Origin: an uncultured Collinsella sp.
Lineage (GTDB): Bacteria > Actinomycetota > Coriobacteriia > Coriobacteriales > Coriobacteriaceae
Assembly: GCA_947001705.1 (NCBI GenBank)
Contig: CAMQHT010000002.1
Span: 25,702 to 89,701, forward strand
DNA length: 64,000 nucleotides
Reading direction: 5' to 3'
Shown here: positions 47,436 through 57,556 of the stretch, piece by piece
Position numbering within the stretch: position 1 is the first letter of the stretch
How the letters are laid out: each line of letters begins with the position of its first letter
The notes under the pieces: generated by a model
What the model was told of the DNA's origin: nothing
What the model saw: only the letters and a program-made list of their open reading frames with translations
Database searches by the model: none
Position numbers and translations under genes: made by a program

Positions 47436-48314
47436 ATGACTGCAGAAGATAAGGCAAAGAACGCCGGCAAGGTCGCGCTCGTCTTGGAGGGTGGCAGTTT
47501 TCGTGGGCAGTTTACCGCCGGCGTGCTCGACGTTCTCATGGAGGCCGGTGTCGAAATTCCGGCGGTGTACGGCGTTTCGGCCGGTGCGCTCAACGGCGTC
47601 AACTACAAGTCGCACCAGATCGGTCGCGTCAATCGCATCAACCTGACCTTCTGCAATGACAACCGCTACATGGGTGCCGCATCCTTCGCATCCACGGGCT
47701 CCATCGTGGGTTACGACTTTATCTTCAACGATATCCAGGACCGCCTGGATCCCTTTGACAACGAGGCGTTCGACGCGAGCCCCATCGAGATGTACGCCGT
47801 CGCGACGGACATGCTCTTTGGAACCGCCACGTACCTCCCGGTCAAAAGCGCCGTGCTCGATCTCGACGCCGTGCGCGCCTCGACCTCGCTGCCGCTGGTG
47901 ACGCCGCCGGTCGAGATCGACGGACACAAATACGTCGACGGCGGCGTAGCCGATTCGGTCCCCATCGAGCACGTGCTGGAGGAGGCGGGCTTCGATCGTG
48001 CGGTCGTCATTGTCACGCAGGACCGCTCGTACGAGAAAAAGCCCTACGAGTTTATGCCCGCCGCACGCGCCCGCTATGCCGACTACCCCTACCTGCTCGA
48101 GGCTATCGAGACGCGCCACGAGCGCTATAACATCCAGCGCATGCACCTGTGGAAGTATGAGCGCGAGGGCCGTGCGTTGGTCGTTGCTCCGCAAAAGCCG
48201 GTCGAGGTCGGCCATGTCGAGCACGATCCGGCAAAGCTTTTGGACCTGTATATCCAGGGCCGTCAGGAGGCAAAGCGCCTGCTCGCGGAAATCCAAGAGT
48301 TCGTTGAGCGCTAG
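47436..48314 (+). CDS. Patatin-like phospholipase
   Basis: LVLEGGSFRG..TAGVLD, GVSAG nucleophile elbow, YVDGG. Confidence 0.93.
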   Translation: MTAEDKAKNAGKVALVLEGGSFRGQFTAGVLDVLMEAGVEIPAVYGVSAGALNGVNYKSHQIGRVNRINLTFCNDNRYMGAASFASTGSIVGYDFIFNDIQDRLDPFDNEAFDASPIEMYAVATDMLFGTATYLPVKSAVLDLDAVRASTSLPLVTPPVEIDGHKYVDGGVADSVPIEHVLEEAGFDRAVVIVTQDRSYEKKPYEFMPAARARYADYPYLLEAIETRHERYNIQRMHLWKYEREGRALVVAPQKPVEVGHVEHDPAKLLDLYIQGRQEAKRLLAEIQEFVER

Positions 48315-48471
48315 CGCTGCAACGTCACGGCTCGTGGATGACATGTGCAGAAACTCTGGTCGGAGCCAAAATACCTGTTGACTCGTACGGCGAGCGGGGT
48401 AATATGGACGGGTTACTTGCAGAGCCCCGTGAATCTCTGTAACAACACGTACTGTACATGGAGGAGTCTAA

Positions 48472-48915
48472 GTGATTTCGAAATCGACTCACTACGCCAA
48501 GCAGGGCGAGGTCCAGCGCAACTGGGTTCTCGTCGACGCCGATGGTGCTGTCCTGGGCCGTCTTGCCACCCAGATCGCAATGATCCTGCGCGGTAAGAAC
48601 AAGCCCCAGTTCACGCCCAACAGCGACTGCGGCGACTTCGTTGTCGTCATCAACGCCGATAAGGTCCAGCTTACCGGTAACAAGGCCGACACGAAGACCT
48701 ATTATCGCCACAGCGGCTACAACGGCGGCCTCAAGGCTGAGAGCTTCCGCCAGGCTATGGAGAAGCACCCGGAGAAGGTCATCGAGCGCGCCGTTCGCGG
48801 TATGCTGCCCAAGACCACCCTCGGCCGTGCCCAGATGACCAAGCTTAAGGTCTACGCTGGTGCCGAGCATCCGCACGCTGCCCAGAACCCCACGAAGATT
48901 GAGCTGGAGGCTTAA
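48472..48915 (+). CDS. rplM: 50S ribosomal protein L13
   Basis: WVLVDA..LGRLA..LRGKNKP.FTP..DCGD.VVVINA; GMLPK. Confidence 0.98.
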   Translation: MISKSTHYAKQGEVQRNWVLVDADGAVLGRLATQIAMILRGKNKPQFTPNSDCGDFVVVINADKVQLTGNKADTKTYYRHSGYNGGLKAESFRQAMEKHPEKVIERAVRGMLPKTTLGRAQMTKLKVYAGAEHPHAAQNPTKIELEA

Positions 48916-48917
48916 AG

Positions 48918-49313
<396 letters not shown>

Positions 49314-49343
49314 GGTTTTATCTCCTTACGAGATACAATGTAC

Positions 49344-49387
49344 AAGCGGGGCCTGCCGATTCCTCGGCGGGTCCCGCTTTTCTTTTT
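49344..49387 (+). terminator. Terminator after rpsI
   Basis: aagcgggg..ccgc/ggcgggtcccgc followed by tttt. Confidence 0.65.
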
Positions 49388-49436
49388 CGACTAGGGTGGG
49401 CGGTTGCATATCGCCTGCTAGGGAAGGAGCGATCCT

Positions 49437-50774
49437 ATGCCCCAGAACATCTTCGGTACCGACGGCGTCCGTGGCGTCGCCAATGCCGACCTCTCGTGCG
49501 ACCTCGCGTTTCGCCTGGGCCGCGCGGCGACCAAGTTCCTTGGCCCGGATATCTGCGTCGGCCGCGACACGCGTCTTTCGGGTACCATGCTCGAGAGCGC
49601 TCTGACCGCCGGCATCATGGCCGAGGGCGGCCGTCCGCACTGCTGCGGCGTCATCCCCACGCCTGCCGTGGCGCTGCTCACCGTCCAGAACGAGCTCGAC
49701 GGCGGTATCGTCATCTCTGCTTCGCACAATCCGCCGGAGTTCAACGGCATCAAGTTCTTTAGCCGCAAGGGTATGAAGCTTCCCGACGCGGTCGAGGAGG
49801 AAATCAGCGCCTGGGTCATGTCCGAGGAAGCCATGGCTGCCGACACGCTGCCGACCGGTGCCGGCGTGGGCCACATCATCAAGATGAAAGACGCCCGCAA
49901 GGCATACGTCGACCACGCCATCGATACGCTTGATGGCCTGAGGCTCGATGGCCTGGTCGTTGCCGTCGACTGCGGTCACGGTGCTTCCTGCCAGACTACG
50001 CCCGCCGCGCTGCAGCGCCTGGGTGCCACGGTCCATGCCATCAACACCGATTACTGCGGCACCGACATCAATGTCGAGTGCGGCTCTACGCACCTCGAGC
50101 CTCTGCGCGAGCTCGTGCTGCGCACCCACGCCGATATCGGCCTGACCCACGACGGCGACGCCGATCGCGTGCTGTTCGTGGACAGCGAGGGCAACGAGAT
50201 CGATGGTGACTACATCCTGGCCATCTGCGGCTCCGACCTGGCTGCCCGCGGCAAGCTCGCCAACTCCGAGATCGTCTCGACCGTCATGTGCAACCTGGGC
50301 TTCTCCATCGCTATGAAGGAGCAGGGCTTTGAGATGGTCCAGACTGCCGTGGGCGACCGCTATGTTCTTGAGCGTATGCTCGCGGACGGCGCCGTCATCG
50401 GCGGCGAGCAGTCCGGCCACATCATCTTCCTGGAGCACAACACCACCGGTGACGGTCTGGTGACGGCTCTGCAGCTGCTGGCCGTGCTCAAGCGCACCGG
50501 TCGTACCCTCACCGATCTTGCCGGCATCATGAAGAAGTACCCGCAGGTACTCGTCAACGTGCATTCCGACAACAAGGCTGGTCTGGACGATTGCCAGCCC
50601 ATCTGGGATGCCGTCGCTGCTGCCGAGAAGGAACTTGACGGCCGCGGTCGCATTCTGGTGCGTCCGAGCGGTACCGAGCCGCTGGTCCGCGTTATGGCCG
50701 AGGCCGAGACGCACGAGCTGACCCAGCGCGTTGTCGACGACATCGTCGAGGTTGTCAAGCGCGAACTTCCCTAA
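49437..50774 (+). CDS. glmM: Phosphoglucosamine mutase
   Basis: FGTDGVRG, ISASHNP, DGDADR, GGEQSGH, RPSGTEP. Confidence 0.97.
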   Translation: MPQNIFGTDGVRGVANADLSCDLAFRLGRAATKFLGPDICVGRDTRLSGTMLESALTAGIMAEGGRPHCCGVIPTPAVALLTVQNELDGGIVISASHNPPEFNGIKFFSRKGMKLPDAVEEEISAWVMSEEAMAADTLPTGAGVGHIIKMKDARKAYVDHAIDTLDGLRLDGLVVAVDCGHGASCQTTPAALQRLGATVHAINTDYCGTDINVECGSTHLEPLRELVLRTHADIGLTHDGDADRVLFVDSEGNEIDGDYILAICGSDLAARGKLANSEIVSTVMCNLGFSIAMKEQGFEMVQTAVGDRYVLERMLADGAVIGGEQSGHIIFLEHNTTGDGLVTALQLLAVLKRTGRTLTDLAGIMKKYPQVLVNVHSDNKAGLDDCQPIWDAVAAAEKELDGRGRILVRPSGTEPLVRVMAEAETHELTQRVVDDIVEVVKRELP

Positions 50775-50845
50775 TGGTCAAAAACGAGTGCCAAGTGGTA
50801 AACTGTTAAGGCTATTTTGGTCGATTGGTATGTCCGAGGGGGAGC

Positions 50846-51343
50846 ATGTTCACTAAAGTCCTAAGGTCTTTTGGTATGCGTGGTCGAGTCCTTACGCTGG
50901 ATGCTCCCATCTCGGGCGACGTCATTCCGCTTTCCGAGGTAAACGACCAGACATTTGCCACCGGCCTTTTGGGCCAGGGCGTGGCGATTCAGCCTACCGG
51001 CACGCGTGTGATTGCACCGGCTGATGCCAAGGTCGAGGCCATTTTTCCCACGGGACACGCTGTTGCGCTTAACACGGTCGATGGCTTGGACGTGCTCATC
51101 CACGTTGGTTTGGACACTGTTCGGCTTGAGGGCAAGCACTTTACCGTACATGCGCAAGTGGGTGACATCGTCCATAAGGGCGATGTGCTCGTTGAGTTCG
51201 ATCGCGAGGCAATTGCTGCCGAGGGCTACGATGTGACGGTTCCCATCTTGGTGTGCAACTCCGTTGAGTTCTCGAGCATCAAGGGCTCCGTTGGCGTGCA
51301 TGTCGAAGAGATGGACCAGCTCATCGTTGCTCGCGAGCGCTAG
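50846..51343 (+). CDS. crr: Stand-alone PTS EIIA (glucose family)
   Basis: APISG..IPLSEVNDQTFA..LLG.GVAI.P, FPTGHA, LIHVGLDTV.L.G. Confidence 0.9.
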   Translation: MFTKVLRSFGMRGRVLTLDAPISGDVIPLSEVNDQTFATGLLGQGVAIQPTGTRVIAPADAKVEAIFPTGHAVALNTVDGLDVLIHVGLDTVRLEGKHFTVHAQVGDIVHKGDVLVEFDREAIAAEGYDVTVPILVCNSVEFSSIKGSVGVHVEEMDQLIVARER

Positions 51344-51364
51344 CAAGTGCACGTGGCCATTAGC

Positions 51365-51615
51365 CTACAATTCAAACACGTTTATGGAGGGCGCCCTTGA
51401 AAGAGGACGCCCTCCGTGGCAAGATGGGAGTTGTCCGAAGCTAAAAGGCTTCGGGTCACCGTGGACGGGCAGGGGCCTCGACGCGGCTAGACACGAGACA
51501 CATACATTACGCGACCTCGCCCTGGTGGCCGCACACGTTGGTTGCGGCCGACGCGGGCCGCGGGCAAGTGCTTGTAAGGGGAGCCTTGCCTCTCTTGTAC
51601 GAGAAAGGACGCGTA
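51365..51615 (+). other. Long, GC-rich, multi-hairpin leader upstream of nagB
   Basis: TACAAT at 51365; hairpins ggagggcg/cgccctcc, ccgaagc/gcttcgg, ggccgca/tgcggcc, ggcaag/cttgcc; cctctc can pair with the RBS. Confidence 0.4.
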
Positions 51616-52344
51616 ATGAAGATCATTAAAGCTAAAGACTACGAGGATATGAGCCGCAAGGCCGCCAATATCATCTCGGCGCAGGTTATCCTCAAGCCCG
51701 ACTGTGTGCTGGGCCTTGCCACCGGCTCCACCCCGATCGGTGCCTACAAGCAGCTCGCTGCTTGGTACGAGAAGGGCGACGTCGACTTTGCCGAGGTCAG
51801 CACCTACAACCTGGACGAGTATCGCGGCCTTTCGCACGACGATCCCCAGAGCTATCACTACTTCATGCGTGAGAACTTCTTCGATCACATCAACATCGAC
51901 CTGAACAACACGCATGTGCCCGACGGTTCCAACCCCGATGCCGCCGCTGCCTGCTCCGAGTACGACAAGATCGTCGCCGCCGCCGGTTACCCGGATCTGC
52001 AGCTGCTCGGCATTGGCAACAACGGCCACATCGGCTTCAACGAGCCCGATGACCACTTCTCCAAGGGCACGCACTGTGTCGACCTCACCGAGAGCACCAT
52101 TCAGGCCAACAGCCGCCTGTTCGACAGCATCGACGACGTTCCCCGTCAGGCCTACACCATGGGTACCCAGACCATCATGTATGCCCGCATGATCCTGGTC
52201 GTCGCCAACGGCGAGGCCAAGGCTCAGGCCGTGCATGACATGTGCTATGGTCCGGTTACGCCCGCGTGCCCGGCTTCGATCCTGCAGCTGCACACCAACT
52301 GCGTTGTCGTTGCCGACGAGGCCGCCCTTTCGCTCTGCGAGTAG
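51616..52344 (+). CDS. nagB: Glucosamine-6-phosphate deaminase
   Basis: LGLATGSTP, YNLDEY, QLLGIGNNGHIGFNEP, CPASILQLH. Confidence 0.97.
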   Translation: MKIIKAKDYEDMSRKAANIISAQVILKPDCVLGLATGSTPIGAYKQLAAWYEKGDVDFAEVSTYNLDEYRGLSHDDPQSYHYFMRENFFDHINIDLNNTHVPDGSNPDAAAACSEYDKIVAAAGYPDLQLLGIGNNGHIGFNEPDDHFSKGTHCVDLTESTIQANSRLFDSIDDVPRQAYTMGTQTIMYARMILVVANGEAKAQAVHDMCYGPVTPACPASILQLHTNCVVVADEAALSLCE

Positions 52345-52376
52345 CGCGAATCCTGCACCTCGACATAGCCTTGCCT

Positions 52377-52405
52377 AAGGCCTCCGCTTTGCGGGGGCCT
52401 TTTTG
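52377..52405 (+). terminator. Terminator after nagB
   Basis: aaggcctccgc-ttt-gcgggggcctt followed by ttt. Confidence 0.75.
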
Positions 52406-52792
52406 CTATCCCTTTCCGCCCACTTGACCAAAATCTTGCCGCAAGCTTGACGAATGCCGGATGCCCAACAGTTTGATTCATTCCATACCAGATTCTATGC
52501 AAAAATGCCACTAAAAGGTCGTAGACGGTAGCGGGTGCTAGGCGAGTTGAATGACATAGCTGAACCTTGTTCATCTGCGTTACACTGCCGTTTAGATGGG
52601 ACAAGCTGACAAGCTCATTTACCTGCTTAAAGACCGATTAGTCGGGGGATTAATAACAATCGGCCCTCGCTGTACAAAAACTTGCCGCTTGCGTACCAAA
52701 AGACAACCTAGAACACAAGGTCGCTCTATTCATAGCGCGGCTTGTATGGTCTTGCGGTTACAGTGTCCATACGGTCGAGTTGAGGAGCGGGC

Positions 52793-55792
52793 ATGGTAAA
52801 CGATTTGGACAGTATAGACGACCTCGAGCTGATGCCGCTGGGCGGAGGCTATATGGTGCGACGCGAACGCTTGATGAATGAGCTTATCGCCAAGGGCCGA
52901 AAGGCTGGCATCGTGGTTCTTTATGCGCCCGACGGGTTTGGGAAGACCTCGGTGCTGCTGCAGTACACCCATGAGGTTAAATGCGACCCGACGCGAGGCC
53001 CCGTGCGGATTATCGAGGCCGATCGCGCCACTGGGCGCGAGGTGTTTATGCAGCTCGAGGTGGTTACCGAAGAACTCAAAGACAAACCGCACTCCCTTAT
53101 CGCGATTGATAATGTGCCAAACCTCGATCAGCACGATACCGAAGACCTCATCGACAGGATTCGCGGCCTGCGCGCTATGGGGGTAGGGGTCTTTATCTCC
53201 TGCCGTCCTTCAAATCGTCAACTGATTCATGGGCTGGGCGATTCGGTTAAGATCAATGCGCAGATGCTCAAGGTGCATGCCTATGAGTATTCGGCGTGGG
53301 CATCGGCGTTTTCGATCAGCACATCGCTCGACTTTTATCAGCTCACGCAGGGCGTGCCCGAGCTCGTTTCGGCATTGCAGACGGGTCTGTATGGCCAAGG
53401 CGACGTAGCCGGTCTGCTCGAAAACGAGATTGTCAACGTATATGGCGCGGCACTTGTCGATCTGGCTTCGCTCGACAATAATGCGCTGTTTTGCGTGGCA
53501 TGTCTCATGATTTTGATGAGCGAGGGCAATATCGCAGAACTCGAGGCTTGCGGGGTGAGACTATCGATGGTCGACCAGTCCTACTTCGTACGCGACTACC
53601 CGATCTTTGGCTTGGACCCCGCCGAGCGGAGTTTTACGTGTCTGGGCACGGAGGATAACGGACGCTTGCGCTTGCGTAAGTTGGTGGCCGAGGTTCGCCC
53701 CGAACTTGTTCCGAGGGCGGCCCGGATTTTGCTTAAGGCGGGCCGATGCGATGCGGCGATGGGCCTGGCGGACGCCTTTTTGGACCGTGATGCGGTCCTT
53801 GAACTTGCTGGGCAGTATGGGGTCGATCTGGCTCTGACGGGGCACGGGGCCGATATCTGCCGAGCAGCGCTGGGCACGATCGATGCCGAGGATCCGGCTC
53901 CAGAGCCAACGCCTGCCGAGGCGCTCGGCGTGTATTTGGCAGCGGTCAGCGTGTCCAATACAAAGCTCGCTCGCTATATGGCATCGGTCATCGAGCGCGG
54001 GGGCGAACGGGCGGCCTGCGAAATAGACCCTGTTTCATGGAGAGTGGCCCAGACACTGACGGCTGTTTGCTATGGGGACAACGGGCTTGGGCTTCCTACG
54101 AACCTGGCCGTGCCAGAAATCGAGACATCCCATACCGCACTCGATATGTTGTCCGCGCATATCGAGGTCAAGCGCTGCCTGACCGAGCGGGGAGATGACG
54201 GCGGCGTTCTACAGCAGCTCAAAACGAGCAAGGCCTACGACTGTGAGCTCGACATCGCGGGGATTGTTATACGGGCCGATAGCATGCTGGTGGAGCTCTT
54301 TGACGGGTCGTTTACGGGAACCGACGAGCGCGACGACGAGATGACGGTGGTGCGGGAGGCGCTCGACGTGCGTGGGCTTAAGGCGATGGCTATCTGGGTG
54401 CGCATGGTGTTGGCGGCACGGCGGCTCCTTTCCGGCCTGCCGGTAACCGACGACGCGGCGTTCAACGAGCTCGATCGTTTTGCCGTGCGCATGCGCGACA
54501 ACCAGATTCAGCTGTTTGGCCTGTTGCTAGAAGGCTGGCAGTCGCTGGCAGAGGGACGGCCGGTTAATGCAAAGTTCCGTGCGGTCCAAGTGCTCAAACT
54601 TGCCGAGGAGTCGATTGCGTACATGCGCGATAACGCATTGCTGCTGGAGCGCGCGGCGTATCTGCGTAACACCTCGATGGTTTCGGTACGCGAGGAAGCG
54701 GAGTTGCTCGATATAAGCCAGACGCAGGTTGGTGGTGCAGAAGCCTGGATGGTGGCGCTGCATTTGGCTTGCGCGGGGCGAGATAGCGATCTTGCGGCCT
54801 GGATGTCCATGAATCGCGCGGGGATTCTGGAACCATCGTATCGGCTCTTTGCGCGCCTTGCCATGCATTGTCTGGGCGAGCCGGCGACCAGGATTCGCAA
54901 GAAGCTTCCCGTGCGCGAGCTGTCGCGGTACTCGCTGCGCGACGATTTGGAAGGGGAGGGCGAGCGCCTGTTCCAGGCTGGCGAGGTTGAAGCCGTTGAT
55001 ACCATCGACCATATCGAGATTCGCATGTTTGGTGCGTTCCGCGCCGAGCGCGACGGGTTTCCCATCACGGACAAAATGTGGCGCCGCAAGAAGGCGGCGA
55101 CGCTTGCCGAGCGGCTTGCACTGGGCATGGATGCGCTCGTCGACCGCGAGACGCTGGCAATGGAGTTGTGGCCCCATGCCGAGTTCAATAGCGCCCGCAA
55201 CAACCTGTACTCGACGATATCGCGCTTGCGGTCGGCTTTGGGACCGACGCCGGATGGCAAGTCGTGTGTGCTCATCCAAAATGAATGCATCGGACTCAAC
55301 GGCGACTACGTCAAGACCGATGTACGGCTGTTTGACCAGATAAGCCGCGAGGTTTTGGGAAATCGCACGGGTGCGCGCGGGCCCCATTTAGTTGAGCTGT
55401 GCCTTAAGATTGAGCAGCTTTATGCCGGACCGCTGTATGTTCCCAATGGCTGTAATCCAACCTACTTTTTGCGCATGCGGCGCATTATGCAGTCAAAGTA
55501 CATCGATTGCATGATTAAGGGGGCAAATGCCGCTCTAGAAGAAAACGACCTGCAGTCGGCGATTTGGCTGGCGGAGTCGGGGCTTCGGCAGGAAACGGCG
55601 CGTGAGGATATGGTGCGCTGCGCCATGCGCGTCTACAGTGCGGCGGGGCGGCGGCGCGATATCGTCGAGCTGTACAGCGGGCATATGCACCATCTGAGGG
55701 AGCAGGTCAATGGCGTGCCCGAGCCCGAGACGCGGCGTCTATACGAGCGCTTGGTGGAGGGACGGCTCAATCGCGTGCTGGTCGAGCGATAA
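52793..55792 (+). CDS. 999-aa MalT-like STAND-type ATPase with a C-terminal SARP module (OmpR-type wHTH + BTAD)
   Basis: APDGFGKTS Walker A, LIAIDN Walker B-like; IRMFGAF..WRRKKA..VDRETLAMELWP..ARNNLY..ISRLRSAL; BTAD-like REDMVRCAMRVY...PEPETRRLY. Confidence 0.8.
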   Translation: MVNDLDSIDDLELMPLGGGYMVRRERLMNELIAKGRKAGIVVLYAPDGFGKTSVLLQYTHEVKCDPTRGPVRIIEADRATGREVFMQLEVVTEELKDKPHSLIAIDNVPNLDQHDTEDLIDRIRGLRAMGVGVFISCRPSNRQLIHGLGDSVKINAQMLKVHAYEYSAWASAFSISTSLDFYQLTQGVPELVSALQTGLYGQGDVAGLLENEIVNVYGAALVDLASLDNNALFCVACLMILMSEGNIAELEACGVRLSMVDQSYFVRDYPIFGLDPAERSFTCLGTEDNGRLRLRKLVAEVRPELVPRAARILLKAGRCDAAMGLADAFLDRDAVLELAGQYGVDLALTGHGADICRAALGTIDAEDPAPEPTPAEALGVYLAAVSVSNTKLARYMASVIERGGERAACEIDPVSWRVAQTLTAVCYGDNGLGLPTNLAVPEIETSHTALDMLSAHIEVKRCLTERGDDGGVLQQLKTSKAYDCELDIAGIVIRADSMLVELFDGSFTGTDERDDEMTVVREALDVRGLKAMAIWVRMVLAARRLLSGLPVTDDAAFNELDRFAVRMRDNQIQLFGLLLEGWQSLAEGRPVNAKFRAVQVLKLAEESIAYMRDNALLLERAAYLRNTSMVSVREEAELLDISQTQVGGAEAWMVALHLACAGRDSDLAAWMSMNRAGILEPSYRLFARLAMHCLGEPATRIRKKLPVRELSRYSLRDDLEGEGERLFQAGEVEAVDTIDHIEIRMFGAFRAERDGFPITDKMWRRKKAATLAERLALGMDALVDRETLAMELWPHAEFNSARNNLYSTISRLRSALGPTPDGKSCVLIQNECIGLNGDYVKTDVRLFDQISREVLGNRTGARGPHLVELCLKIEQLYAGPLYVPNGCNPTYFLRMRRIMQSKYIDCMIKGANAALEENDLQSAIWLAESGLRQETAREDMVRCAMRVYSAAGRRRDIVELYSGHMHHLREQVNGVPEPETRRLYERLVEGRLNRVLVER

Positions 55793-55861
55793 AAAACGGG
55801 CGCCCGAAGTACTTGGGCACCCGTAAGCTTGCTATGTGTTGGCTCGCCGGATCATTGGCTC

Positions 55862-56161
55862 TTAGACGAGCTTGATCTTCTCGATGTCCTTGCGCGAGGA
55901 CTCGCGATACAGCGAGAACTTGCGGCCGATGACCTGGACGACCTCGGCGTGGCAGCGCTCAGCGAGCTCTTCGGCGGCCTCGCGGGCGGAAAGACTGGAG
56001 CCATCGAGCACGGAGCACTTAACGAGCTCGTGCTTCTCCAGGTAGGCGACCGTCTGCTCGACGGTGCCCTCGTTGACATCGGACTTACCGATGATGATGG
56101 CGGGGTTGAGGTGATGGGCCATGCTGCGAAGCTGCTTGACCTGGGCTCCTGTCAGTGCCAT
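55862..56161 (-). CDS. yhbY: YhbY/CRM-domain RNA-binding protein
   Basis: LTGAQVKQLRSMAHHLNP..IIGK, HELVK, VQVIGRKFSLYR. Confidence 0.93.
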   Translation of the reverse strand: MALTGAQVKQLRSMAHHLNPAIIIGKSDVNEGTVEQTVAYLEKHELVKCSVLDGSSLSAREAAEELAERCHAEVVQVIGRKFSLYRESSRKDIEKIKLV

Positions 56162-56342
56162 GGGTTCTCGCTTTCTATGTATGGGGCGCCCCGCGACGGG
56201 GCCTTAATCTACGTGAGCTGTCCCACGATAGCGCAGGAACGGCGCGGTGTGGGGCGCGTTTGCCCAGTTCGCAAAGAATGCGGATGCCGAACGGGAGAAC
56301 AACGCGGGTTGCAGGCGGACGTGTACGGCGGCCGAAAGCGGT

Positions 56343-57230
56343 CTATGGACGGCTCGAAGAGACCGGCTCCCATGCAATAAACGCCCAACGGACCTTGCGG
56401 ACGTGGTCGAGCATGTAGCGCCCCTGCGGCACGCCCTTGGACCCTGGCTCGCCGGCATGGGGATTTTCAATCATATGCTGAGCGACGTAGACGCGCAGAC
56501 GGTCGATCTTATCCTCGTTACCGTGCTCGAGCATGCGGGAGAAGTCCGCCATGCCCGCCTCAAGGCTATCGAAGGTATCGCGACGAGGCGATTCAAAGTA
56601 CGTAACCTGCGGCAGGGCACCCATCTGAATGAGGATATTAAAGGCATACACAAAGCCATTACTGCAGGTAACCGAGGCACCGATGGCGTTCATTAGGTGC
56701 AGGTCATAGCGTGGGCTGGAGTTGGCGACCATCGTGACAGCACAACGCCGACGAGCCGTTTGATCAAGCTTAGCAAGCGCGCCTTTTAGGTTGGTCGTGG
56801 TAACCGACCGACTGGCAAAGGCAACATCCACCGCTTTCGCGACCGGTCCAACCAAATCCCAATCATCATCCCAAGCAAGCTCAAGCGGCGTAATAAGATC
56901 CTCGAGTCCGTAATACTCAATGCCAGCATCAAGGGTGCCCAGCATGGCAGGGGAGAAATCAGCCGCAATCACAGGATGCCCAGCCTGAGCAAGCGGAATA
57001 GCAATCGACCCAGCCCCACACCCCATATCAAGCACCGATTCACCAGGCTTTAACGCCAACAGCTTCATAAAGTCCCGGGCATACGGGGCAGTCTCCAACG
57101 GCCGAAAATGCCGAGCCCGCTTATCCCATTCAAAAGAATCATCAGCCCGCCGCCGATCAGCTTGCAGACGCATCCATTCGCCATTCCAATCCGCAGAAAG
57201 CAGCTCAGATTGAATTACACCATCAGCCAC
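56343..57230 (-). CDS. Class I SAM-dependent methyltransferase
   Basis: VLDMGCGAGSIAIPLA, AADFSPAML, DVAFASRS. Confidence 0.88.
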   Translation of the reverse strand: MADGVIQSELLSADWNGEWMRLQADRRRADDSFEWDKRARHFRPLETAPYARDFMKLLALKPGESVLDMGCGAGSIAIPLAQAGHPVIAADFSPAMLGTLDAGIEYYGLEDLITPLELAWDDDWDLVGPVAKAVDVAFASRSVTTTNLKGALAKLDQTARRRCAVTMVANSSPRYDLHLMNAIGASVTCSNGFVYAFNILIQMGALPQVTYFESPRRDTFDSLEAGMADFSRMLEHGNEDKIDRLRVYVAQHMIENPHAGEPGSKGVPQGRYMLDHVRKVRWAFIAWEPVSSSRP

Positions 57231-57396
57231 GGGCCATCCCCCTCACAACAAAAAAGCGACTCCTCCCAAAAGAAGAGCCGCAACCAGCATATATCAGAAA
57301 GAACCGATCCAACGCCAAACCGCCGTATCAACCATGTGGTGCAGGAGCGAAGCAACTGCAACATGGGACAGAACTCAGCCAAGGTTGAGATGTGCG

Positions 57397-57538
57397 GGAG
57401 CCCCGCCGCCGGGCGGCAGACATATAAGGTCGATCGCGAGTTCCGCACGAGCCGGAGAGCACTTAATGTGCTCTCCGTGCGAGTCAGGACTGTCCGAGCA
57501 GGCGACCTTATATGTCTGCCGCCCGGCGGCGGGGCTCC
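57397..57538. repeat. 142-bp nested palindromic element with perfect 36-bp terminal inverted repeats
   Basis: 57397-57432 is the exact reverse complement of 57503-57538; inner ggagagcac-ttaat-gtgctctcc. Confidence 0.9.
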
Positions 57539-57556
57539 TCGCCTCGTATCCCTAGG

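Noticed and set aside
47003-47452. 149-aa and 142-aa ORFs over the 62-bp array
   Set aside because: The unit length is not a multiple of three and the translations show no coherent repeat; treated as non-coding
56343-57230. Horizontally acquired methyltransferase as the explanation for its odd codon usage
   Set aside because: The bias fades within the gene and continues into the upstream non-coding DNA, which fits a local gradient better than whole-gene transfer; not excluded
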